DNA of 64,000 nt, taken from Acetobacteraceae bacterium (lineage in GTDB: Bacteria; Pseudomonadota; Alphaproteobacteria; Acetobacterales; Acetobacteraceae). The stretch is taken from the NCBI GenBank assembly GCA_965277495.1, contig OZ255824.1:2687452-2751451 (forward strand), read 5' to 3'. Below the pieces are notes generated by a model. That model did no database searches and was not told the DNA's origin. It was given only the letters and a program-made list of their open reading frames with translations. This document shows, one piece after another, positions 45,326 through 55,765 of this stretch; position 1 is the stretch's first letter; the number at the start of each line of letters is the position of its first letter. Both the position numbers and the translations under genes were made by a program.

Positions 45326-48208
45326 ATGCTGACAAAACAACGCCCCGCCTTTGCCTCTCGCGCGCTTCCGGTCCTGCCAGAAGCCGCCGACACGCCCGGC
45401 GCGCTCGACCGGCGCGGGTTCCTGCGCACCTCCGGCCTGGCCGCCGCCGGGCTTGGCGCGCTGGGTGGTCTCGGGATGACGACGGTGCAGCACGCCGCCG
45501 CCGGGGAGATCGTGCCCGGCGAACCCGTTGAAACCCGCAAGACCGTCTGCACCCATTGCTCGGTCGGCTGCTCCGTCATCGCCCGGGTGCAGAACGGCGT
45601 TTGGGTCGGGCAGGACCCGGCGTTCGACAGCCCAAACAACCTCGGCACCCATTGCGCCAAGGGCGCCGCGGTGCGCGAGCTGACGCATGGCGACCGCCGG
45701 CTGAAATACCCGATGAAGCTGGTGGGCGGCTCTTGGCAGCGGTTAAGCTGGGAGCAGGCGATCGACGAAATCGGCGACAAGATGCTGGAAATCCGCGAGA
45801 AGTCCGGCCCGGATTCCGTGTTCTGGCTCGGCTCCGCCAAATTCAACAACGAGGCCGCCTACCTGTTCCGCAAGTTCGCGGCGCTGTGGGGCACCAACAC
45901 CTGCGATCACCAGGCGCGGATTTGCCACTCCACCACCGTGGCGGGCGTGGCCAACACGTTCGGCTATGGCGCCATGACCAACAGCTTCAACGACCTGGTC
46001 AATTCCAAAGCCATCATGATCATGGGCGGTAACCCCGCCGAGGCGCATCCGGTCTCATTGCAGCATCTGCTGCGCTCCAAGGAGATCAACCAGGCCGAGC
46101 TGATCGTCGTCGACCCGCGTTTCACCCGCACCGCCGCGCATGCGACGGAATACGTGCGCATCCGGCCCGGCACCGACATCCCGGTAATCTGGAGCATCCT
46201 CTGGCACGTGTTCGATAACCACTGGGAGGACCAGGGCTTCATCGACCGGCGCGTCTACGGCATGGACGCGGTCCGCGAGGAGGTGAAGAACTGGCATCCG
46301 GAGGAGTCTGAGCGGGTCACCGGCGTGCCGCGCGCGCAGCTCCGCAAGGTCGCGGAGATCATGGCGAAGAACCGGCCTTCGAGCCTGATCTGGTGCATGG
46401 GCGCGACGCAGAAGACCGTCGGCACCGCGAACGTCCGCGCCTACAGCATCCTGCAACTGGCGCTCGGCAACATGGGCATCTCGGGCGGCGGCACCAACAT
46501 CTTCCGCGGCCACTGCAACGTGCAGGGCGCGACCGACCTCGGGCTCGATGTGACGACCCTGCCGGCCTATTTGGGCCTCGACGAGGCGGCGTGGCGGCAT
46601 TTCGCCCGGGTATGGGACCTGGACTACGACTACCTGGTGTCGCGTTTCGCGTCCAAGAAGCTGATGGAGACAAAGGGCATCCCGTCCACCCGCTGGTTCG
46701 ATGCCGTGCTGGCGGAAAAGGGCACGCTCGACCAGCCCGACAACGTGCGCGCGATGGTCGCCTGGGGCCACGCGGCCAACTCGATCACCCGCGAGCCGGT
46801 GATGCGGCAGGGCATGAACAAGCTGGATCTGATGCTGGTGGTGGACCCGCACCCGACCACCTTCGCCATCTCGGGCGACCGCAAGGACGGCACCTATCTG
46901 CTGCCGGCCTGCACGCAATTCGAGCAGTCGGGCAGCGTGACCGGGTCGAACCGGTCGATACAGTGGCGCGAGCAGGTGGTGAAGCCGATCTTCGAGAGCA
47001 AGCAAGACTCCGAGATCATGTACCTGCTCGCGAAGAAGTTCGGTTTCGCCGAGCAGCTCGTGAAGCACATCGAGGTGCAGGACAACGTGCCGGTGTCGGA
47101 GGACATCCTGCGCGAGATCAACCGCGGGTGCTTCGCCATCGGCTACAGCGGCCAGTCGCCAGAGCGGATCAAGATGCACATGAAGCATCAGGGCGACTTC
47201 GACCCGGCCACGCTGCGGGCCACCAGCGGTCCCTGTGCCGGCGACTATTATGGCCTGCCGTGGCCGTGCTGGGGCACGCCGGAGCTGAAGCATCCAGGGA
47301 CCGCGTTCCTGTATAACACCAAGGTTCCGGTCAAGGAGGGCGGCAGCGGCTTCCGCGCGCGCTGGGGCGTGGAGCGCAACGGCGTGTCCATGCTGGCCGA
47401 CGATTACCCCGAGGGTTCCGAGATCAAGGGCGGCTATCCCGAGTTCACCATGGCCGTGCTGAAAAAGCTCGGCTGGGACAATGAGCTCACGGCGGCGGAG
47501 ATGGACGTCATCCGCAAGGTCGGCGGCAACAACCTCGATGCCGTAAGCTGGCAGACCGACCTCAGCGGCGGCATCCAGCGGGTGGCGATCGAGCATGGCT
47601 GCGCGCCATTCGGCAACGGCCGCGCCCGCGCCAACGCCTGGAACCTGATCGACCCGGTGCCGATCCACCGCGAGCCGATCCAGACGCCGCGGCGCGACCT
47701 GGTGGCGAAGTATCCGGCGCTCGAGGACCGGCGCGACTTCCGCCTGCCGTATCTCGGGCGCAGCCTGCAGATGGTGGACAAGTCGAAGGACTTCCCGCTG
47801 ATCCTCACCTCCGGACGCCTGGTGGAATACGAGGGCGGCGGCGACGAAACGCGCTCGAACCGCTGGCTCGCCGAGATCGTCGAGGAGGCGTATGCCGAGA
47901 TCAACGTCGAGGATGCCAAGCGCCTGGGGATCGCCGACAAGGGCATGATCTGGGTTTACGGCGCCGAGAGCAACTCGAAAGCGCACCTGCGGGCGCATGT
48001 CAGCACGCGGACCGGACCCGGCGTCGTGTTCATCCCGTTCCACTTCGGCGGCATTACCGCGGGCGTGGACAACCGCGGCAAGTATCCGCAGGGATTGGAC
48101 CCGATCGTGGTGGGCCACGCGGTGAACCAGCTCACCACCTACGGCTATGACTCCGTGACGCATATGCAGGAAACCAAGGTTACGCTTTGCCGGGTCGAAG
48201 CGGCTTAA
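45326..48208 (+). CDS. Cys-type periplasmic formate dehydrogenase alpha subunit (Fdh3-like)
   Basis: Tat DRRGFL; CTHCSVGC...CAKG; DHQARICHSTT (Cys ligand); RGHCNVQGATD; TSGRLVEYEGGG. Confidence 0.93.
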   Translation: MLTKQRPAFASRALPVLPEAADTPGALDRRGFLRTSGLAAAGLGALGGLGMTTVQHAAAGEIVPGEPVETRKTVCTHCSVGCSVIARVQNGVWVGQDPAFDSPNNLGTHCAKGAAVRELTHGDRRLKYPMKLVGGSWQRLSWEQAIDEIGDKMLEIREKSGPDSVFWLGSAKFNNEAAYLFRKFAALWGTNTCDHQARICHSTTVAGVANTFGYGAMTNSFNDLVNSKAIMIMGGNPAEAHPVSLQHLLRSKEINQAELIVVDPRFTRTAAHATEYVRIRPGTDIPVIWSILWHVFDNHWEDQGFIDRRVYGMDAVREEVKNWHPEESERVTGVPRAQLRKVAEIMAKNRPSSLIWCMGATQKTVGTANVRAYSILQLALGNMGISGGGTNIFRGHCNVQGATDLGLDVTTLPAYLGLDEAAWRHFARVWDLDYDYLVSRFASKKLMETKGIPSTRWFDAVLAEKGTLDQPDNVRAMVAWGHAANSITREPVMRQGMNKLDLMLVVDPHPTTFAISGDRKDGTYLLPACTQFEQSGSVTGSNRSIQWREQVVKPIFESKQDSEIMYLLAKKFGFAEQLVKHIEVQDNVPVSEDILREINRGCFAIGYSGQSPERIKMHMKHQGDFDPATLRATSGPCAGDYYGLPWPCWGTPELKHPGTAFLYNTKVPVKEGGSGFRARWGVERNGVSMLADDYPEGSEIKGGYPEFTMAVLKKLGWDNELTAAEMDVIRKVGGNNLDAVSWQTDLSGGIQRVAIEHGCAPFGNGRARANAWNLIDPVPIHREPIQTPRRDLVAKYPALEDRRDFRLPYLGRSLQMVDKSKDFPLILTSGRLVEYEGGGDETRSNRWLAEIVEEAYAEINVEDAKRLGIADKGMIWVYGAESNSKAHLRAHVSTRTGPGVVFIPFHFGGITAGVDNRGKYPQGLDPIVVGHAVNQLTTYGYDSVTHMQETKVTLCRVEAA

Positions 48209-48225
48209 TTTAGGGAGAGGCGCCC

Positions 48226-48822
48226 ATGGCGCGGATGAAGTTCCTCTGCGACGCCGAGCGGTGCATCGATTGCAACGCCTGCGTCACCGCCTGCAAGAAC
48301 GAGCACGAGGTGCCCTGGGGTCTCAACCGGCGGCGCGTGGTCACGCTGAACGACGGCGAGCCCGGCGAGCTCTCGGTCTCCATGGCATGCATGCATTGCA
48401 CGGACGCGCCATGCGCCTCGGTGTGCCCGGTGAACTGCTTTGTGCAGACCGCCGACGGAATCGTGCTGCACAACAAGGACCAGTGCATCGGCTGCGGCTA
48501 TTGTTTCTACGCCTGCCCGTTCGGCGCGCCGCAGTTCCCGTCCAAATCCAACTTCGGCAGCCGCGGCAAGATGGACAAGTGCACCTTCTGCGCCGGCGGT
48601 CCCGAGGGCAGCAACTCGCCGGAGCAGTTTGCCAAGTACGGCCGTAACCGGCTGGCGGAGGGCAAGCTGCCGATCTGCGCCGAGATGTGCTCGACACGCT
48701 CGCTGCTGGCCGGCGACGGGGCGACGATCGGCGCGATCTACAAGGAGCGCGTCCTGCGGCGCGGCTATGGCTCCGGCGCCTGGGGCTGGTCCACCGCCTA
48801 TCGCGACAGCCCGACGGTCTAA
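48226..48822 (+). CDS. fdh3B: FDH beta Fe-S subunit
   Basis: CIDCNACVTAC, CMHCTDAPCASVCP, CIGCGYCFYACP, CTFC...PICAEMC. Confidence 0.92.
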   Translation: MARMKFLCDAERCIDCNACVTACKNEHEVPWGLNRRRVVTLNDGEPGELSVSMACMHCTDAPCASVCPVNCFVQTADGIVLHNKDQCIGCGYCFYACPFGAPQFPSKSNFGSRGKMDKCTFCAGGPEGSNSPEQFAKYGRNRLAEGKLPICAEMCSTRSLLAGDGATIGAIYKERVLRRGYGSGAWGWSTAYRDSPTV

Positions 48823-48834
48823 AAGGGACTTCCT

Positions 48835-49830
48835 ATGCGCATTGCCCCGCTTCTGGCGCTTCTCGTTTTCTTCGGCGGCACCGCCTGGGCGGTCGATATG
48901 CCGCGAAACCGGCCCGAACCCGACCGTGCGGCGCTGGAGCAGCGGCTCGATCAGGAGCGCAATCTTCCGCCCGGACGCATCCAGGGCTTCGTGCACGAGC
49001 CCGACACAAAGCTCGGCGTGCTGATCCAGCCGCAGGGCCGGGAGTTCCGCGATTTCCGCACGCGCTGGCAGCCCTGGATCGATGCCGCACTCATTGTGGT
49101 CGCCGTGGGCGCCATGGTGCTGTTGTATTTCGTCGCGGGTCCGATGCGCTATACCAAGGACCCGCGCGGCCGCACGATCCAGCGCTTCACCGTGCTGGAG
49201 CGGCTTGTGCATTGGCTGACGGCGGTGTCGTTCATCTGGCTGTCGCTGACCGGGCTGAACCTGGTGTTCGGGCGCTGGTTGCTGGAGCCGCTGATGGGCG
49301 ATAACGCCTATGCCAGCATGACGTCGCTGGCGAAGCTGTCGCACAACTCGGTCGCCTTCGCCTTCATGCTGGGGCTTGCGGTTATGGCGGTGCAGTGGCT
49401 GGGGCGCAACCTGCCGACCATGCTGGACCTGCAGTGGATCAAGGCGGCTGGCGGCATATTCGGCGGGCCGCATCCGCCGGCGCAGAAGTTCAACGCCGGG
49501 CAGAAGATGATCTATTGGATTGCGGTCGGCGGCGGCGGGCTGATTTCACTCACCGGCCTCGCGCTGCTGATGCCGTTCTATGTGTTCGACATCGGCGGCA
49601 TGCAGCTCATGCAGGTGGTGCACTCGGTGGTCGCGGCGTTGATGATGGCGGTGGTGATTGGCCACATCTACCTTGGCTCGATTGGCGTGCAGGGGTCGCT
49701 GCAGGCGATGACCACTGGCCGGGTCGATGTGAACTGGGCGCGGGAGCACCACGGGCTGTGGCTCAAGGAGGAACAGGCGAAGGGCCGCGCGCCTAGGGAT
49801 GTCGACGCGTCGATGCACGCGGCCGAGTAG
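48835..49830 (+). CDS. FDH gamma subunit, cytochrome b (FdnI-like) with N-terminal periplasmic extension
   Basis: Signal-like N-terminus; ERLVHW, KLSHN, KFNAGQK, VVHS, GHIYLG His ligands; WAREHH. Confidence 0.92.
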   Translation: MRIAPLLALLVFFGGTAWAVDMPRNRPEPDRAALEQRLDQERNLPPGRIQGFVHEPDTKLGVLIQPQGREFRDFRTRWQPWIDAALIVVAVGAMVLLYFVAGPMRYTKDPRGRTIQRFTVLERLVHWLTAVSFIWLSLTGLNLVFGRWLLEPLMGDNAYASMTSLAKLSHNSVAFAFMLGLAVMAVQWLGRNLPTMLDLQWIKAAGGIFGGPHPPAQKFNAGQKMIYWIAVGGGGLISLTGLALLMPFYVFDIGGMQLMQVVHSVVAALMMAVVIGHIYLGSIGVQGSLQAMTTGRVDVNWAREHHGLWLKEEQAKGRAPRDVDASMHAAE

Positions 49831-49833
49831 GCG

Positions 49834-49959
49834 TCACACTCGGGTCGAGGATGTCGAGTAGGCGCGCTCCGAGCTTTCGCCCGCGACGCGTGTCAAGGCA
49901 AGTTGTGATACTGCCGCGATTGCGACCATTACGACTGCTGCGGCTACTATAAGCTTCAA
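49834..49959 (-). CDS. Uncalled 41-aa hydrophobic small protein (MKLIVAAAVVMVAIAAVSQLALTRVAGESSERAYSTSSTRV)
   Basis: SD GGGAG (49972-49968) 8 nt before TTG 49959; single hydrophobic helix; TGA at 49834-49836. The C-terminus resembles small alphaproteobacterial proteins as I recall them (unverified). Confidence 0.6.
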   Translation of the reverse strand: MKLIVAAAVVMVAIAAVSQLALTRVAGESSERAYSTSSTRV

Positions 49960-50046
49960 CGCGTCTGCTCCCTTGATCATCCGTTTGATAATGTAGTCGC
50001 GACATCCGCACCGGCGATGGCGCGGCGATCACAACTTGGCTGGGCC

Positions 50047-50181
50047 TCAATGCGGGATCAGCAGGGCCTTCAGCCCATAGGCGACGACGCCTACCACCGC
50101 GACCCCGGCCACATACAGCCCGACGAACCACAGCAGCCGCGATACCCACGCGATCTGGCCGGCTTTAGTGGTAATTGGCAC
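50047..50181 (-). CDS. DUF2474-like small membrane protein (44 aa) downstream of cydB
   Basis: GTG overlaps the cydB end; MPITTKAGQIAWVSRLLWFVGLYVAGVAVVGVVAYGLKALLIPH matches the RLLWF...A.GVVAY.L pattern. Confidence 0.8.
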   Translation of the reverse strand: MPITTKAGQIAWVSRLLWFVGLYVAGVAVVGVVAYGLKALLIPH

Positions 50182-51190
50182 CGACGATCACCTTTCCACG
50201 GAACACCCAATACGCATAGAAGGTGTAAACCAGGATAAGCGGCACCAGCACCGACGCGCCCACCAGCAGGAACGCCTGGCTGGCCGGGGGCGCGGCGGCG
50301 TCCCACAAGGTGATGCCCGGCGGCACGATGTTGGGATAGACGCTGATGCCCAGACCGGCAAAACACAGCGCGAACACGCCGAGCGTGCACAGGAACGGCG
50401 TGACATGCGACGTGTCCCGCTGCAGCGACCGCCAGAACACCAAGGCGAGGACCGCCACCAGCACCGGCACCGGGCTGGTAAGCGCAATGCCGGGCCAGCC
50501 GAACCAGCGCGCGGCGAAGACCTCGTTCTGCAGCGGCGTCCAGATGCTGACGACCACGATCATGAACAGCGTCGCCACCCCGAGCGTGCCGGCAAGCCGG
50601 CGTCCGCGGACCTGCATCAGCCCCTCGGTCCGCCACACCAGCCAGGTCGCCCCCAGCAGCGCATAACCGATGACGGTGGCGATGGCGCAGACCACGGTGA
50701 ACGGCGTCAGCCAGTCCCACCAGCCGCCGGCATAGGCGCCGTTCACCACATGGATGCCCTGCAGCAGCCCGCCCAGGGTCATGCCCTGGCACAAAGCGGC
50801 AACGAGCGATCCGCCGAAGAAGGCGAAGTCCCAGCCGCGCCGTCCGCGCCGGGTCGCGGCGCGGAAGCGGAACTCGAACGCCACGCCGCGGAACACCAGC
50901 GCCAGCAGCATGGCCATGATGGTGGGATACAGCGCCGGCATGATGATCGAGTAGGCGAGGGGGAACACCGCGAACAGGCCGCCGCCGCCCAGCACGAGCC
51001 AGGTCTCGTTGCCGTCCCACACCGGGGCGATGGAGTTCACCATCACGTCGCGGGCCTCGTCCTCGTTCTCGACGGCGAACAGGATACCGGTGCCGAGGTC
51101 GAAACCGTCCAATAGGACATAGGCCAGCACCGCAAAGGCGATCAGCCCTCCCCAAATTAAGGGCAGGTCCAGGAATGGGAGCGTCATCAT
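50165..51190 (-). CDS. cydB: Cytochrome bd-type quinol oxidase subunit II
   Basis: YVLLDGFDLG, PVWDGNETWLV, FRGVAFEFR, YAYWVFRGKV. Confidence 0.95.
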   Translation of the reverse strand: MMTLPFLDLPLIWGGLIAFAVLAYVLLDGFDLGTGILFAVENEDEARDVMVNSIAPVWDGNETWLVLGGGGLFAVFPLAYSIIMPALYPTIMAMLLALVFRGVAFEFRFRAATRRGRRGWDFAFFGGSLVAALCQGMTLGGLLQGIHVVNGAYAGGWWDWLTPFTVVCAIATVIGYALLGATWLVWRTEGLMQVRGRRLAGTLGVATLFMIVVVSIWTPLQNEVFAARWFGWPGIALTSPVPVLVAVLALVFWRSLQRDTSHVTPFLCTLGVFALCFAGLGISVYPNIVPPGITLWDAAAPPASQAFLLVGASVLVPLILVYTFYAYWVFRGKVIVGANYH

Positions 51191-51211
51191 GGGCCGCTGT
51201 CCTTTTGCGTT

Positions 51212-52639
51212 CTACTCAGCCGGCGCAGGCACGCTGGAGCCGTGTTTGGCGGCAGGCCCCGGAGTGATGCCGGCGGTGCGCACCGGCAGCTTCGGGTCAG
51301 GCCCGTGCTCGCCCACGACGATCGGCTTGCTCAACAGCTTGAGCAGAAAGATGAACCCGGCGCTGAACACAATCAGGTACACGACCGCGAAGGCGGCGAG
51401 CGACGTCGCCACCCCGGGCAGCCCGATCGGCGACACGCTCTCGATGGTGCGCAACATGCCATAGACGGTGAACGGCTGCCGCCCGACCTCGGTCGTGGTC
51501 CAACCGGCCAGCAGCGCCACGAAGCCCGCCGGCGCCATCGCCACCGCCATCCAGTGCAGCCAGCGGGTCTCATACAGCCGGCGGCGGAACCGCTGCAGCA
51601 GCGCCAGCGCCCCCACGCCCAGCATCGCGAAACCCAGGCCCACCATGAGGCGGAACGACCAGAACACCACCGGCGAATACGGCCGGTTCTCCTTCGGCAC
51701 GTCCTTGAGGCCCGGGACCTCGCCGTTCCATTCATGGGTCAGGATCAGCGAGCCTAGATGCGGGATCGCAAGCTCGTAGTCGGTGCGCTCGGTCTCCATG
51801 TTCGGCATGCCGAACAGGATCAGCGGCGCGCCCTTCATCGTGTCCCAGTCGCCCTCCATGGCGGCGATCTTGGCCGGCTGGTACTTCAGGGTGTTGAGGC
51901 CGTGGATGTCGCCCATCACGATCTGCAACGGCGCCACCAGCACCGCCATCCACATCGCCATGGAGAACATGGTCTGCGCGGGCTGGTTCCGGCGGTCGCG
52001 CAGCAGGTGCCATGCGCCAATGGCGCCGACGAAGAAGGCGACCGAGAGGTAGGATGCCAGCACCATGTGCGGCAGGCGCACCGGGAAGCTCGGGTTGAAG
52101 ATGATCTCCATCCAGCTCGCCGGCAGGAAACGGCCGTCGGGCGCCATCGTGTAGCCGCGCGGCGTCTGCATCCAGGAGTTGACCGACAGGATCCAGAACG
52201 CGCTGAGCAAGGTGCCGAAGGCGACGACGCAGGTGGCGAAGAAGTGCAGGCCCTTGCCGACCTTCTTCATGCCGAACAGCATGATGCCGAGGAACCCGGC
52301 TTCCAGGAAGAATGCCGTCAACACCTCATAGCCCATCAACGGTCCCACGACCGGGCCGGCGAGCTTGGCGAATTGCGACCAGTTGGTGCCGAACTCGTAG
52401 GACATCACCAGGCCGCTGACGACGCCCATGCCGAACACCAGGCTGAAGCCCTTCACCCAGAACTGGAACAGGTCGAGGTAAACCTGCTGCTTGGTGCGCA
52501 GCCACAGCCCCTCCAGCACCGCCAGGTAGCTGGCGAGCCCGATGGAGAATGCCGGCAGCACGATGTGGAACCCGACGGTGAAGGCGAACTGTAGCCGCGC
52601 CAGGAACACCGCGTCGAGACTTGTAGCGAGACTGTTCAC
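51212..52639 (-). CDS. cydA: Cytochrome bd-type quinol oxidase subunit I (short Q-loop, CioA-like)
   Basis: ARLQF...FHI, GVVSG...YEFG, NSWMQTP, RLPHM, QPAKIAAMEG, GWTTTEVGRQP. SD GGAGG before GTG 52639. Confidence 0.95.
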   Translation of the reverse strand: MNSLATSLDAVFLARLQFAFTVGFHIVLPAFSIGLASYLAVLEGLWLRTKQQVYLDLFQFWVKGFSLVFGMGVVSGLVMSYEFGTNWSQFAKLAGPVVGPLMGYEVLTAFFLEAGFLGIMLFGMKKVGKGLHFFATCVVAFGTLLSAFWILSVNSWMQTPRGYTMAPDGRFLPASWMEIIFNPSFPVRLPHMVLASYLSVAFFVGAIGAWHLLRDRRNQPAQTMFSMAMWMAVLVAPLQIVMGDIHGLNTLKYQPAKIAAMEGDWDTMKGAPLILFGMPNMETERTDYELAIPHLGSLILTHEWNGEVPGLKDVPKENRPYSPVVFWSFRLMVGLGFAMLGVGALALLQRFRRRLYETRWLHWMAVAMAPAGFVALLAGWTTTEVGRQPFTVYGMLRTIESVSPIGLPGVATSLAAFAVVYLIVFSAGFIFLLKLLSKPIVVGEHGPDPKLPVRTAGITPGPAAKHGSSVPAPAE

Positions 52640-52838
52640 TAGACACCTCCGGCAACCGCTCACGCCCACCGCCATGCGGCGCGATGGCCGGAATGGCATC
52701 CAACATCGGAACCGGCGAGATGACCCTATCGTCCGAACCCGCCTCACGCCATGGCCGAAGCGGCGCAGAAACAGGCACGTGCCGTTAAATAGCGAGTGAA
52801 CGCAAACTGTCCATGATCCCCGTGGCTGGACCGCGGCG

Positions 52839-53783
52839 CTAACGCTCCGACCGCGGATCGAAGGCGTGCTGCAGCCCGTCGCCGAGGAAATTGACCGCGA
52901 TCACGGTGATGAAGATCATCAGGCCCGGGTAAACCGCGAGCGCCGGCGCCGTCGTCACCAGTTCCTGCGCGTTGGTCAGCATGTTGCCCCATGACGGCGT
53001 GGGCGGCACGATGCCGAAACCGAGGAAGCTCAGCACGCTTTCGAGCAGGATCACCCGTCCGACCGTCAAGGTGAATGCGACGATGATCGGGCTGGCGACG
53101 TTGGGCAGCACGTGCGAGACCATCGCATAGACCGGCCCGGCGCCGCTCGCCCGCGCCGCGCGCACGAAGTCGCGCTCCCGGATCGACAGCGTCGCCGCCC
53201 GCACCAGGCGCGCGATGGCGGTCCAATCGACGATGGAGATGATGATGACGATGCGCCAGAACCCGGCGGCGCCGGAATGCGCGAACTCGGCGCTGAAGCC
53301 GAGCTTCGTGAGGTCGACGGCGCCCAACACGATCAGCAGCGGCAGCAGCGGCAGCGTGATCATGCCGTCGGTGAACCGCATCAGCACCGCGTCGGTGCGC
53401 CCGCCCATATAGCCGGACACGACGCCGACAACCAGCCCCAGCACGCCGCCGACGACGGTCGCGAGCAGCCCCACCAACAGCGAGACCTGCCCGCCGATCA
53501 TCAACCGCAGCAGCTCGTCCCGCCCGGCGTCGTCGGTGCCGAGCCAGTGCGCGGACGAGGGCGGGTCGTAGCGCGACAGCAGGTCGGTGCCGTCGGGGTC
53601 GATGCCCAGCAGGCTCTGCAACGGATACGCGGCGAGGCAGAACAGCACCAGCGCCAGCAGCATCGCCAGCGCGATCACCCCCGGACGGTGCCGCAGGAAG
53701 CGCCGCCAGCGCAGCCGCCACGGCGAGACCGCCGCCTCGAACAAGACATCCGCCGAGACCGCAACGGCTTCGCTCGTGCTCAC
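52839..53783 (-). CDS. Peptide/nickel ABC permease (DppC/OppC-like)
   Basis: HWLGTDDAGRD, ARLVRA, VRAARASGA, HVLPN, ESVLSFLGFG, PSWGNML. GTGA coupling. Confidence 0.9.
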   Translation of the reverse strand: MSTSEAVAVSADVLFEAAVSPWRLRWRRFLRHRPGVIALAMLLALVLFCLAAYPLQSLLGIDPDGTDLLSRYDPPSSAHWLGTDDAGRDELLRLMIGGQVSLLVGLLATVVGGVLGLVVGVVSGYMGGRTDAVLMRFTDGMITLPLLPLLIVLGAVDLTKLGFSAEFAHSGAAGFWRIVIIISIVDWTAIARLVRAATLSIRERDFVRAARASGAGPVYAMVSHVLPNVASPIIVAFTLTVGRVILLESVLSFLGFGIVPPTPSWGNMLTNAQELVTTAPALAVYPGLMIFITVIAVNFLGDGLQHAFDPRSER

Positions 53784-54733
53784 TTTACGGCGATCCGCGG
53801 GTCGAGCGCGCCGTAGGCGATGTCGGTCGCGAGATTGCAAAGCAGGGTCACGAGCGTCGCGAACAGCAGCCCGGTCAGCGCCAAGTTGAAGTCGTTGCCG
53901 AGGATCGAGTCGTAGATCATCTTGCCCATGCCGGGCTGCGCGAACATCGTCTCGGTCAGCAGCGCCCCGCCGAACAGCGTGCCGAAGTTCAGCCCCATCA
54001 CCGTCACCACGGGGATCAACGCATTGCGGAACGCGTGCACCAGCACGACCCGGCCCGCGCCCGCTCCCTTGGCCCGCGCCGTCCGCACATGGTCCATCCG
54101 CAGCGTCTCGATCATGCTGGCGCGGACATAGCGGGTGAAGCCGCCGGTATTGGCCAGCGCCAGGGTCGCCACCGGCATCACCAGATGGTGCAGTTGGTCG
54201 CCCACGCTGCCGTCGCCCACGTTGGCGATGCCGCTGGCGGGGAACCAGTGCAGATTGACCGCGAAAACCAGGATGAGCATGAGCGCCAGCCAGAACACCG
54301 GGATCGAGATGCCGGCAAAGGCGAACAGGCTGACGAGCCCGTCCACGACGCCGCCGGGCCGCAGCGCCGCGAGGATGCCGAGCACGAATGCCAGCACGAC
54401 GCTGATGACGAAGCTCGAGATCAGCAGCTTGGCCGTCTGCCACAGCGCCGGCAGCAGCACCTCCAGCACCGGCTGCGAGTGGATGCGCGAGAAGCCGAAG
54501 TCGCCCTGCAGCGCCGCCAGCAGCCAGTGCCAGTAGCGCAGCAGCAGCGGCTGGTCGAGGCCGTAGATCGCGCGGAGGCGGGCCACCACTTCGGGCGTGG
54601 CGCCGGGGTTGCTGGCGATCATGATGTCGATGGGGTCGCCGGGCATGAGGCCGATCAGGTTGTAGATGACGAACGACATCACCAGCAGCACCAGGAAGCA
54701 CTGCACCAGCCGGCGGACGATGAATTGGGCCAT
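53780..54733 (-). CDS. Peptide/nickel ABC permease (DppB/OppB-like)
   Basis: MPGDP, YGLDQP, TRYVRASM, TARAKG, HAFRNAL, DPRI. Confidence 0.92.
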   Translation of the reverse strand: MAQFIVRRLVQCFLVLLVMSFVIYNLIGLMPGDPIDIMIASNPGATPEVVARLRAIYGLDQPLLLRYWHWLLAALQGDFGFSRIHSQPVLEVLLPALWQTAKLLISSFVISVVLAFVLGILAALRPGGVVDGLVSLFAFAGISIPVFWLALMLILVFAVNLHWFPASGIANVGDGSVGDQLHHLVMPVATLALANTGGFTRYVRASMIETLRMDHVRTARAKGAGAGRVVLVHAFRNALIPVVTVMGLNFGTLFGGALLTETMFAQPGMGKMIYDSILGNDFNLALTGLLFATLVTLLCNLATDIAYGALDPRIAVK

Positions 54734-54742
54734 GATGCCTCC

Positions 54743-55707
<965 letters not shown>

Positions 55708-55711
<4 letters not shown>

Positions 55712-55765
55712 ACCCGCGCCTTGAAGCTGGCGACCTTCATACCCGCGCCTTGAAGCAGGCGACGA
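55708..55765. repeat. 29-bp tandem duplication of the 3' end of the upstream ATPase gene
   Basis: TCACACCCGCGCCTTGAAGCTGGCGAC (55708-55734) and TCATACCCGCGCCTTGAAGCAGGCGAC (55737-55763): 25/27 identical. Confidence 0.9.
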
